From Bilabrum cf. latius (taxonomy: Eukaryota): a DNA stretch of 64,000 nucleotides. The notes under the pieces were generated by a model that was not told the DNA's origin, searched no databases, and worked only from the letters and a program-made list of their open reading frames with translations. Both the position numbers and the translations under genes were made by a program. The stretch lies in assembly GCA_965178125.1 (NCBI GenBank), contig OZ237748.1:744001-808000 (forward strand). Reading direction: 5' to 3'. Positions 48,932 through 60,798 of the stretch are shown here, one piece after another; the stretch's first letter is position 1; each line of letters begins with the position of its first letter.

Positions 48932-50944
48932 ATGGAAGACAGTAAAAGTGGCGCTATCAAGCTTTTTGTGTCTGACAAGACCGCGATTTGCATCAGTGAT
49001 TGCAGGGATGGATTGCAGGAAGGCTTGGCAACGCTCGCACAAAATTAGACACCAGAGACAAACGTGACTAGAGAATTGATCGACCTCATTGGTTCCATTA
49101 ATTCCAAAATAGATAGAGTGAGCTATATTCTAGTGCGAGCATGCCAATATCATCCAACATGAATCACTATATGAGCCGATCTTGTCATTTCCATTTCTAG
49201 GCACGCATCCTAGCTCATTCCCACAGAAGGAGCGAACAATCATAATGATAGCACTAGCTAGCAAAGATATAGAGCTTAGCAAACAACTGTTTGCGTTGGG
49301 TGCGAGCAGCAGCAAGAAGCACAAGGACATCGTGAGGCGTGGATTGGCGGCTTGAGGCCGTTGCATATCATCATGTTCTTACATTACCTCACCACCGCAT
49401 TGATCAGATGTATGTATATTCCTGCGAAACAAACTAGTTATGTTGCGCAGATGGGCAGCACCGCGCTGCACTACGCGGCAGCTTCCGGCGACCCGTCCCT
49501 TCTAGCGATGACAATGCGGCACTGCGACGATCCGGCCCCAACAAACGACGTGAGTGCTAATGCACGCGTGCAATTGGTGGCACGTAGTACGAACCATGCT
49601 TTCCTAAGATGGAGCTGCAGGCACGATCGGTTATTTTGTTTTGTTTGGGTCGCCACACACGGCCTACTAGTAGAGCATCCTCGCCTCACCTCCTCCTATT
49701 CTTCCGCAGTACGGCAGCACACCAGAGCACCTTTGGCCAGGGGAGGCAAGCAAATTCCACGCAGTCGCTGCTGCTACTTCGCCCAGGCCATTTCCGCACT
49801 CTACAGTCTCCAATCGCTCCAAGTTCACGGGCTACCTCGCGGTCGAGCTGGAGCGGTTGATGGGAGTGCTGAACGACAAGCCGAGGCCAGCGAAAGTGCT
49901 TGCACTTGTGGACGATTCGAGGATCTGCGAGGCATTTAGCCATGTGCTGAACAGAGAAGGGGACATATCGCCCGAGAAAGAGACTACGCTGTACTCTTAC
50001 TGCCGGTGCGGTCTTGGTCTCGTGGTGCCTCTGATGCAAGGCGCCCTGGAGCTGAAGGATGACACGGACCGACTGGAGTGCTTGGAAGTGGCGACTTAGC
50101 TGATCGACAAAATAACCAACACAAGCCCGGACGTTGGAAATCGGTTGCTGTACCAGAAGAACTTCGGCCGGTTCGGAACTGCACCAGATACGGGGCTATA
50201 CGTCGGTGAACACACGCAATTCCCTCCCTCCGGTGCTGGCAAGTACACTGTGGGGCTGATCACGGATTGCGTGCAGCTAGGGCTCTACGACATGCTAAAA
50301 TAGGTTCTCGAGTACACCAGGGCTACTAACCAAGCAGCCGTTTGCGTGCACTCCTCAGCCCGGTCGGCCTTTTGCTTTGGCCTCGTCCATATACTGCTGC
50401 TGGCCCCTCACAGGATCTTCCACAAAGAGTGGTTCGCTGATAGGGCGACAGGGATGATTAGCAGTGCCATCATGCGATTCATGGACACGCGTGTGTCCCC
50501 TGTCGATGATGAGGCGTTGATCACAGAAGTCGATCGGATTGTGCGATGGGAGCAGAGCTTCGTGTCGAGGGATATCCTTCCCGACGGCTGGTGCCACTCA
50601 TTCGCTCAGCCCAAGAGGGCAGACGGACCTGAGGAGGTCGACCGGCAGTATAAGGAATGGAAGGGAGATTTCCGTATCCGTGACAGAACTAAGCTGGCGA
50701 ACTGGAGGAGGGCAGTGGAGGCCAAGAGGGACGCTACGATGGTGTTCTAGGCAGCGAGTGAGGGCAGGCCACTGGAGCTGGCCAAACGACTCAAATTGGG
50801 AAAACGTGCGGGCGGGCTAGAGATGAAAGGACACCTTGCGCCTGCGGGTGCAGGCGAAGCGCCTCGGAGTGTGGTACCGATCATGCTGCCAGGTTGGGTG
50901 GTCACGACGAATGCGTTGAGCTGCTGGCCTAGGCCATGGGCTGA
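48932..50944 (+). CDS. Ankyrin + central unknown domain + C-terminal module protein (1-nt frameshift ~50882)
   Basis: Ankyrin exon 49451-49549; FPPSGAGKYTVGLITDC; the module's AARLGGHDECV lies in a shifted frame. Confidence 0.72.
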
Positions 50945-51356
50945 AGTCATGCCTGGAAATCTGGGAATTGTTGTAGAGTTTATAGATTGTAGCAAATGAA
51001 GTAAAAGATCCGATCCGGGATGCGGACCTACCCAGGCCACATCCTAGGCCACATCGGATGTGCTATTTAATTTTGGCAGGCACGCACCGAACCGAAACAC
51101 GATTTCTACATTTGTTGTAATCCGGATCAAGCACAATCAGCTCCGAACACTTGGCAGGGCGCCCCAGGATCATGCGCCGCTATTGAGCACTAGTCCGGCA
51201 TTCCAAACTTCATGTAACTAGCTGCAGCGGCCAACTGGGCAACGCGATCGCCACCACATTGAGGAGGCCACGAAGGGTGAAGCTGTGCAAGCTGACGGGC
51301 CGGCGGCATGTTCCGACATGATTGAACTGCTCTCCTGCGGCCAATTCAATCGTCCT

Positions 51357-53426
51357 TCACATTGCTGACTTGCCTGCAGTGTGCAGAACTTCCACGCACT
51401 TGTCATGCCCGCCAACTCGGGCAGCTTCGATTGGCAACACTAGTCTACAGGCTGCGCCATCAGCCCCTGCCTCGCTGACCCTGCCCTTTATCTCCAGTCC
51501 ACCAGCCAACTTGCCAAGCTTCAGCCTCTTTGCGAGCTCCATTGGTCGGCCGTCCCGAGCCGCCTTGAAGACCATGGCAGCGTCCCGCTTGGCCTCCACT
51601 GCCCTCCGCCAGCTCACGAGCTTTCGACGATCTCTCACCTTGAACTCTTTCTTCCACTCCAAATAGGACGCATCCGGGTCTAGATCGGGGTCCGTGACTT
51701 TATTGAATAGAAAGCTATCTAACATATGAAGCACTCCATTCTAACGCAGCAGTGCCTCAAACTCAACCAAACGGTCCACTATACGTATTGCCAACGTGTC
51801 ATTGCGGTCTGATCGGCGAGTCTCCAATAGTCTCACTGCGATTACTTCAAGCATGATACCAGATCCGGATGCGGTACAGTGCCAGCGTGGTTGAAAAACC
51901 CGGAATGGCACAACTACTAGACGCTACAAAAGCTTAGAGCGGCGGTATGTACTATGCAGCACACCGTTTCTATGCGTTTTTGCGACATTTGTGTCCATAT
52001 CCAGCAGCAGCTTGGCAAGCGAGTCAAAGGCTCCAAGTTGCATGCAATCTGTGACCAGCCCGACGAGGTATCTGCCAGCTCCAGATGGTGGGAATCGCGT
52101 GAGGGCACACGTATACATCCATGCACCATTCGCGTCGCCATACATGCCGAATCGAGGGTGATTCAGGAGCTTGTTGCTTTCTCCAGGCTCTACGTTGATG
52201 ACGACGTCAAGTATCGACATCACCGCAAGCAGGCAATCTTCTCGAGACCTATACGTATCTGCCTTCACCGCCCTTTGCAGCAGTGCTGCCACGATACGAA
52301 TGCACGTCCGGCACATGGAGTATAGCGTCGTCTCCAACTCCGGGGAGATGCTATCTTGCCGGACAAGCACTTGAGTGAGAGATTCAACAAGCCCAGAGCG
52401 TCGTACACGGGCAATTGTCTTATCAATTCCGTGATTTCCGTCAATGTACTCAATCAACCTGTTCAACTCTACGTGTAGGTATCCAACGTGGTTAGAGAGG
52501 TCCGGTGCCGTACTGAGGGGTAGAGGGCACGGCGCGGCGATAGCGGCAACCTCATCAAATTCGCCGACGCCACCCGACCATAGCTATCTGGGTTTGCTAC
52601 CATACTGCAAGTGTGTATTCAAGATATACATATATATATATATATATATGGTTATATAACCCTAAGATATATACCAGTAGTAGCGAGGGGTGGCTTAGCA
52701 GGTACTGTCACGATACACTTCGCGATGCATCACAAGTCTGACTGCCCATATCAGCAGTATCGGCCCTTTGACAATGACCAATCGCTAATAAACTTATTTC
52801 ACAGCGGACTTGGACAGTGCTTGCCCTCACCTCGTTCGTTGGAGTGGGGTCGCCGCACTCGCGAAAAATGAGGGCGAGCAGCTCGGCGTTACCAGACGCT
52901 GCAGCGTAATGCAGGGATGTGCTACCCATCTGTAGCCGTGAAAAACTATTGAAATGTTGAGCGTGATGCGTGTTCAATCCTAGAATGGTTGGGACGGTAC
53001 TGGCAGCCGAAGAGCGGCATCGCGGCCGGGTTTCAATACGTGCTCACCAAGTCACGGTACTCTTTTCCTGAACTTGCACTAAGTTTAATAAGATTGCGGC
53101 ATAAATCTATATCGTTGGACTGAAGGGCAAGCATCAGAAGTGTGCGCCCTTTCTGCGAAAATGTGCAGGTGTCCCCAACAGCGTGAAATATATCGCTATA
53201 GCCACTCCATATCGAATCTAGGCGACTAAATATTACTCACAGTATCAATACGAACGTTCGGATCATTAAAATAGGCAACAACATCATCTACTTGTGCTGC
53301 TAGAGGTATGTAGCCTTTGCATACGTGGCCCACGAGCCCCTCCCGTACGTGGGGAAGACATTCACTGATTTGTAGCTTAGTCTTTCTTGATATTTGTACG
53401 AATTTATGTTTTTCTTGTACTGCCAT
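51357..53426 (-). CDS. Ankyrin + central unknown domain + C-terminal module protein
   Basis: First exon is homologous to that of the 48932 gene; GSTSLHYAAASG; FPPSGAGRYLVGLVTDC; module ends TGA. Confidence 0.76.
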
Positions 53427-53937
53427 GGAGTATGGAGGTTTCCCTTTCGATCTAGACAAGGAAAGGTTTGATTGTCCCACTTTGCAAGGAATGTTCGTGG
53501 CCAGTCGAAACCTCCTGACCTGTGTGCCAGCACCCCTACGTTCCAGCTTGCGAGAACCATTCAACGATTGCATAAATTGAGCTCCCGCGCCGATTCACTA
53601 CGGTTTGGTAAGGGTGGAGAGAGTTTAACTGCTACGTTCAAAGTTTACAATGCGTCAGCCGTTCCACCATCCCGAGAATGACAAGTTTTATTCTTTAAAA
53701 TCTCGGGGAATTAGGGCACCCATGATTGGTGAGGCCGGCAAGGTGCCTGAGACTGAGGTCGCGCGGTGGGTGCAGGACCCGCTCGAGGTGCAGGCTCAGA
53801 TGTGACGTGGCGATGCGGAGGAGTGAGATGGAGAGAGCGGCTAGGGAGTGAGACAGAGGGCGGCTCCGGACGATACCAAGCAGAGATTGAAGACTGACTG
53901 GGCGTGATATGGCTCTGGTATTCACAACAGGTCGCTC

Positions 53938-56035
53938 TCATGGCTTCCGCCAGCACTCTCGCCACGGCTATGCGCTCGAGGCCTTTGCACCTGCAGACTC
54001 TGCGAGAGTCTCCAGCAGCACCTCCACGCACTCGTCATGCGCTCCTAGCCGGGCGGCATCCAGGGGAAGCATCATTCGTTTGGTCCCGTCCTTCTCTGCT
54101 ACCGAACCCTTGATTTTCAATCCACCGGCCAGCTTGCCCAGCCTCAGCCTCTTTGCCAGCTCCATGGGCCGACCGTATGCAGCAGCGTTGAAGACCAGGG
54201 CAGCGTCCCTCTTGGCCTCTATCGCTCTTCGCCACACCAAAGCTCGACTGACCCGCAGCGGCAAGAACAACCGGATGGCTTTAGCAGTCTCGGTCTTCAA
54301 CTGCATTGCTGCCAAGTCTGCAGCGGTCCTCTAGTTCTGCACGGCGTGAAAGACACAATTTTAATATCGAACAGAAGTACGCACAAAGTAGCTGCCGGAT
54401 ACGATGAAAATTGAGATAGGTCTATGGCATATGGTTTCTAGTATATATTGTGCGGACGACAGCAACTAACCGTATTCTTAATGTCTTTGCAAGCTCCTTT
54501 ATTCAAGAGGATAGTAGCGCAGGCTAGGTTTCCCATATACGCTGCATAGTGCAAAGGAGTCTGTCCATTCTGCGTACAATATGGTACAATGTGTAGAAAA
54601 TAATATGCTCCTGAGATACGCCAGAGAATGCGTCATATGACGCCAAATCGTAGACGATTAGACTGAATTCCCCGCGTATCAAACTATTGCTCTTCTTCCA
54701 AGCAATGATCCGGGATATGAATCGTACCACACAGCTACAAAAACACCAAGCTCAGCTGCACAAAATATCAGACCTCTTCAGTATGGGATTCTCACGCTTT
54801 CCAGAGCATTTGGATTTGCGCCAGCTTCAAGCAGCACCCTCAGGCTGTCTGCATGCCCTCGCTCCGCCAGGTCATGCACAAGCTGGGAGCCATCCTGCTA
54901 GAATGGAGTCACGTAAAGCACGTGTAGCGAGGTAAAGTTTGGTGAGGTCAAGGATTGTTCAGAGCAATTTTTCTCTGTGGCTTGAACGCCATCTCACCCT
55001 GTTCAGCTTGTCAATAATGCCTCCTGCCCGTATCAGCATTTGCAAACAGCTACTATGGCCATGCAGTCCAGCTACATCGACAGGAGTACTGCCGTCCTGT
55101 TTGATGGGGAGATGACGTAGATTGTTTGCATGATCGAACTGTGGAGACAGTTAAATGAATTGGTCCACTGTCGCACACTATCGCAATCTCACATCATCTG
55201 GGGCATTCACGTCAGCCCCGGCTTCTATCAGCAGCTTCAAGCAGTGACTATAGCCTTGTTGTGCGGATGCATGTACAGGCGTGTAACCGTTCTGAGGTTA
55301 GTCATGGCCATGCAATGTGTACGTGAGCATTGGTGTTTTGCAGTGCACGGAGCTGGCCTTGGGCGCAGTGGGTCGCGCACTAGACCAAGAAGACCCGAAC
55401 ACTACGGTCGCTGCCAACACATGAACTGCAATGGTCATCACAATATACCAAATCCCACATGGGATTGCGGATATTTGGCCTCTCACTCTCGAATTTGCTG
55501 CGTTCACGTTGGCCCCCCTCTCGATGAGCAGCTTTAGGCAGTCCGCCTTGCCATTCAATGCAGCACAGTATGCTGGAGTTCGACCCGACTGGTTAGAATT
55601 AGTTAAAAATAAAGGTAATCACATGCTAATATACAGTGATTGTCGGGCGAGAAAATAGCCCAAAACAAAGGCAAAGCTGCTAAAGCTGCAGCTTGGCGAG
55701 GAAGACGGGGATATAAGCAGTGCACGGTAACAGTACGAATCCCAAACAAAGTCTAATTTGGTTTCAAAACGAAGTGCGCTTGACTCTAAGCACAATAGAT
55801 TCCCCTTAGGATTGTGTGACTGCCACAATGCAGTCTTGGTTGATGGCAAAACCGGCGATACGAACACACATCTGCATCGGCTGCACGCCCAAATAACGAC
55901 TGAAACCATTTACGAGTGATTACCATAATTTTGGGGGCTCACACTGTCGCGGCTCTCGATATCCGTTCCCCAATTGAGGCAAACCATGAGCTCTTCTACG
56001 TTACCACTCTGTGCAGCCCTTCGCATGTCATCTCC
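53938..56035 (-). CDS. Multi-exon ankyrin-repeat protein with conserved C-terminal module (5' end uncertain)
   Basis: Exons MRRAAQSGNVEEL.., GRTPAYCAALNGKADCL.., GYTPVHASAQQG.., GSTPVDVAGLHGH..; module ~54000-54240. Confidence 0.76.
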
Positions 56036-56577
56036 CCTGCGACCGTAATAAAATAAACTGTTAACCTTTCTAATACCATACTATCTGTATTTTCACGAGC
56101 CCATGTAACTATCAATCGGCACCAACTTGAGGTCGAATACCGCTGTTCGCATTGAAGCTTGAATAGTACTCTACAGCATATCAACACTAGCATAACGTAT
56201 TCACGAAGCTGTATTGGCTCACTCACATGCTTATTTTCAGTATTAGCCTCACTGTATCGCACTTGAGGAGCCCTCAACTGATGGATTTTGCCAGTTTCGC
56301 CGCGCATTACGGAACCCAAGCTGTCCGCAAAAGCCATCTGTGCCTCACCAAAGCGGGCAGCAAAGTGGCGCCCATCTGTGCCTCACCAAAGCGGGCAGCA
56401 AAGTGGTGCCCAAGCTGTTAAGAGCTTCTGCTTCGAACACAATGGTTTAGCGTTTACTTGTCTTGGCCGATAAATCATGTAAACTCTTGGTATGTTTGAC
56501 AAAACGGCGACCGCCACACCCCAGCCCCCACGTGCGTCGTGCTGCCCCTCCTCCCACACCCCCTCCACCCCCAAGTC

Positions 56578-59565
56578 TCAACCCTCCGCCAGGATGCCCT
56601 CCCACGCCCCCACGTGCGTCGTGCTGCCCCTCCTCCCCTTGCCGTATTTCAGCCTCTGCCGCTCATAGTAGCTCAGCTCATCTTTCGGATCCCTAGACCG
56701 CAGCTGGTTCCAAAGCATGCGACCCCCCTTGGCCGTGCCCCCATCGTGGGGGGTGGCCTCCTCGCTCCCCTGGGTGTCAAGCCGGAACGATTTGAAGGTG
56801 GCCAGCCGGCGCCTCCACAGCCGCGCACCCTCCACCGTGTCGTCCTCGTCCTCGCTTTCGGCTCCGAGTCCCATGGCCGCCCTGGCCTCGGCGTCCTGCA
56901 CCAGGGCCAGGAGCTTCTTGGCCGGCTCCGGCCCCGCGATCCTCACGATCCGATCCCTGACGTCAGCGACCCTCCTGTCGATCTGCACCATCACCTGCGG
57001 AATCTCGTCACCCTCCTTGATCTCCCTCCCCAGGTGGTATTCCCACCTGTCGTAGGCGGCTTCGTACCTCTCTAGCAGCTCTGCCATCTCCACCACGTTC
57101 AGTCGGGCGGCGTGCTGGGCCCTCACCGGCAGGCTGGCGAGGATGATTTCCGATTCCGAATACCCTGAGGGTGCGGCGGCCAGGGGCCCAGCACTCCCAT
57201 CCGCAGCATCGGCGCCGGCCCCCCCCTCCTGGTGCTTCTTCTGCTGCTGCTGCTGTTGTTCCTTGGCCGCGTGCTTGAGGAGGTGCCGCGCTGATTTTCC
57301 GCTCCGGATCCCGCCCAGCAGAGCCGTTGAGTCCGCGGCCTCGAACCCCTTGGAAGAGGCCGCCGTGGCGCCGGTCATGACCGAGTGCGCGGCGCCGCCA
57401 CCTGCGGAACCAACTCCTGGCGGGGTCGCGTGCGGGCTGAAGCTCTTGCCCTTGGCACCGAACACACTCCCATGCCCGATGAAGATGCTGCCCCTGCCCC
57501 TGCCCTGGCTCTGGGCCCGCCGCAGCGCCGCCACCTCGGGTGTGGGTGGACCTGTCGCGGGCGGCAGCAGGAGGGCTCGGTCCGTGTCCGACTCGGAGCC
57601 GGAAGTCCGGCGGGAGCCGGGGCCGGTGACGACTTCCGCCACCGGCTCCAGCCCCCCTGCGGAACCACCCCTGGAATGCGCGGCGCCGGGTCCGGTACCG
57701 GCGGGGCGCAGTCCCCGGCGGCGGCTCGGGGACAGTGCGGAACCATCCACAGTTGCGCGGCGCCGGTTGACCCCCCCGCTCGTGGGTGAAGCGATCCCAC
57801 CACCACCCGACGACAAGAACGATGATCCGATCCCAGTTCCGGTAATTGTGATGGTCCTACCCGGGTCGTCCGTGTCCTTGGGGGACTCGGAGCCGGGCGG
57901 CGGGGGCGCAAGGCCCGGCCTCATGATGCCCTCCGCCGCTTTTCGGGCAGCCACCGCCGCGGCCGTGGACACCTCAGCGTCCGGGTCAGGCGAGCCGGAC
58001 CTCCTCGCCTGGATAGCGGCAACGACAGGGCTGCTCCGATCGGGTGAGGCACCGGGGAGCGGACCGATTCCGCTGCCCGCGCGGCGCCGCGCAGTTCCGC
58101 TGCCGCCTCGGCTGCTCCGGCCCGCCCTATGGTGGTGGTGCTGCTGATGCTGGTGCTGGTGCTGGTGCGGTCGGGAGGAAGAGGATGAGATGGCCGGACC
58201 TGCTGGCCTGACTGCATCGGCGGTTCTGGACGAGGGGGGAGAAGAAGAAGAAGAATAAGAGGACTGGCTCTGCTGGTTCCGTAGGAGCGCATCGGCAGTG
58301 GCCAAAGCCGCAGCTTCGGAGGGATTCAGCTCCGGGTTGTCCTCGTTTTCCTCCTCCTCCTCCTCCTCCTCGTCGATGTCTTCAGCTGGACTGGCCGCGC
58401 CGGCGCCGCGCACTCCCGACGGAACCGACCCCATCGCCGCCGTCGAGCCGATGTCTTCATCCCCGCGGGTCGCGGCCTGAGATTCGGCTCCGAGTCCGTC
58501 GGAAGCCCCGGTTCCGTTGTGCACCAGTGCCTCCGCCTCCATGCGGCGCCGCGCAGCACGGGCCGCTGCACGCTCCAGAGGGCCCATCCCACCACCGTGC
58601 CCTGCACCCGCACCCCCAAGCACCCCATCCTCGTCATCACTCGTCACACCTCCCCCATCGTCCGCCCTCTTGGCGTCGGCGGCCTCCTGCAGCACCGACT
58701 CCCAGGCGCCGGCGAATGCGGTCGACCCTCGCCTGCCCCTTCCGTACCTGACCTGCTGCCGCTGGTAGTAGGAAAACTTCTCCTGGCCCGTCCGAGCGTG
58801 CTGCTCGTCCCACACGGATTTGTTCCCTCGGCGGGTGGGGTGCGAGTGCAGCGCATGGCGGTACGCGGACACCCTCGCCGGCTGCCTCCTGTCGAGCTTC
58901 CGCACCGCCAGGCGTCCCTCCTTCTCGTCCTGCACGAAATCTTCATCTTCGATCGCGGGCATGGCCAGCTTCCCCTACAGGGACGGATCCTCCCTGAGTC
59001 TCTTGAGCAGGACGGGCGCCATGCCTGCCCCCACCGCCCTCTCGATCGCCTTCTTGTTCTCCATCAATGACAGCCGAAGCACGGCCATCACCTCAGGCTC
59101 AACGTCGGCCTCCTCCTCCCCCCCCAGCCGCACCGCGTCCCCCAGCCGCTCCTCCAGTGCCCTCCATCGCGCGGCGAGATCCAGCCTCTCTACACACAGC
59201 TGCCTGGCAGCAAGGGCCTTGGCCTTGGGGAGTCGGGACAGGAGGGTGCCCACCGTCCCTGCGCGGCGCCCGCCGGCGGTTCCGCTGGCACCCGTGGATG
59301 CGGCGGCTTTGGCGCTGGCGGTGAACCGCCCCAGCCTGATGACCTCGTCACTCGTCACATTGGCGCGCTCGCTGATGGCCTGTGAGAAGCTGCGGGAGGC
59401 GATGCTCTGGGCCATCCCGTTGGCCCCGATGAGTCGTCGCATCGAGGGCTGCCTGCCGCCGCGCTGTTCCCTGGATCCTTCTGAGGGGGCGTAACCCCCC
59501 ATGGAGGGGGGTCCAGCCCCCCTGCCCCTGCGCCCGCCGTCCGTCGATGCCACCGACACCGACAT
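56578..59565 (-). CDS. Intronless low-complexity protein (~995 aa) with a twice-repeated domain; function unknown
   Basis: ORFs 59565 and 58962 are in frame via TAG 58975. Repeated motif YY.RQ...YG.GRRGST...GAWE..L.E. Confidence 0.7.
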
Positions 59566-60798
59566 GCCACACCTAAATGCGGCTTGCTACGACTGAGTGC
59601 GCCAATGCAGTCTCAAGCGAGACGCAACTAAGACTGTTCAAGTCTATAAAAAATAAACAGAGCACAAATCGCTGAGTTCCAGCGATCCAACGATGCGCCG
59701 CTTGCCTCGTTCAATGGCCCGACTCGGTCCCTGGGTGAATTCCCAAACCAGAGGGATACTACCGCGTGTGCAGTGCAAAGCCAGCTATACGTAGCAATAT
59801 ACTAATGCCTGCAGGCAGGATTGATTATCTACGCCTGTCCTGTGCGGGGGTCCTGGTCCCGGCCTGTCCTGCGCCGAGCCAAACACGTATCTCAAACCGG
59901 CAAAGAGCAAACGCAGCTGCTGTGGCGCAACTAGATAACACACACCAAGACAACCGGTATTTAAATAGGAGTCAGCCAAATCCTGCCAGTGACTCGCCAG
60001 TTGTCTGCTTGCAATGATACGATACACTTGCTCCCGCTGTTTGCTTGCGACCGAACGGAAACTATACGGAACCGGCGCCGCAAGCGAAGCGAACCTTCGA
60101 TACAGCGTCAAATCGGACCTTGGCAATTCATGCCTATTCGATCACTTTCTAAAGTTTTTGGGAACTTAAACCCTGTAAGAATTGATCAAAAGTTTTTGAG
60201 TTAAGATTTATTGCACTCAATTATGGATTTTCGCCGGATACCTCGAGATTGTAGTGACGTGCTCGGCTACGAAACCTCTCTTTATGAATACAGCTAGCAT
60301 TTACCAGGTCATTGACCGTGAGCTCTCAAATACTGTACATGGTGGCTGTTGTAGTGCTATCATTTGGAAGTATAACCGCGCGCACTGATTGCATGTATGG
60401 TTTTTACCTTTGAATGCAATGTTGCCACGCATACTAACAGAACCCAAGGACAATGTTAACCACAATTATATGCTTCAATAATACAATGAATACATGACTG
60501 TTCGTGTGATTCATCCCTCCGGCGCATGATTTCGCTGTTCTCTAAGGTCTGCTAGGTGGATCCCCCAAATCGAGATGTCATGGAGGCATCCTAGAAGGCC
60601 CAGCACTGACGAGAGAAGCAAAAGTCGTCTTGAGATTAGTATAGACAGCATGAAATGTGATGATCCTGATATAGTAAGAGTGCAACACTTGCACGCATTC
60701 GGATGCTTTGGCTGTGTCAGATTTGTAGAGGTCAACTGTCTCTGTACATGATCCATGTCCAATCTCGATTGATTTTCAACGCCAAATCAAACGTCGCA

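Noticed and set aside
56335-56410. 37-bp tandem duplication
   Set aside because: Two copies only, intergenic, no further structure.
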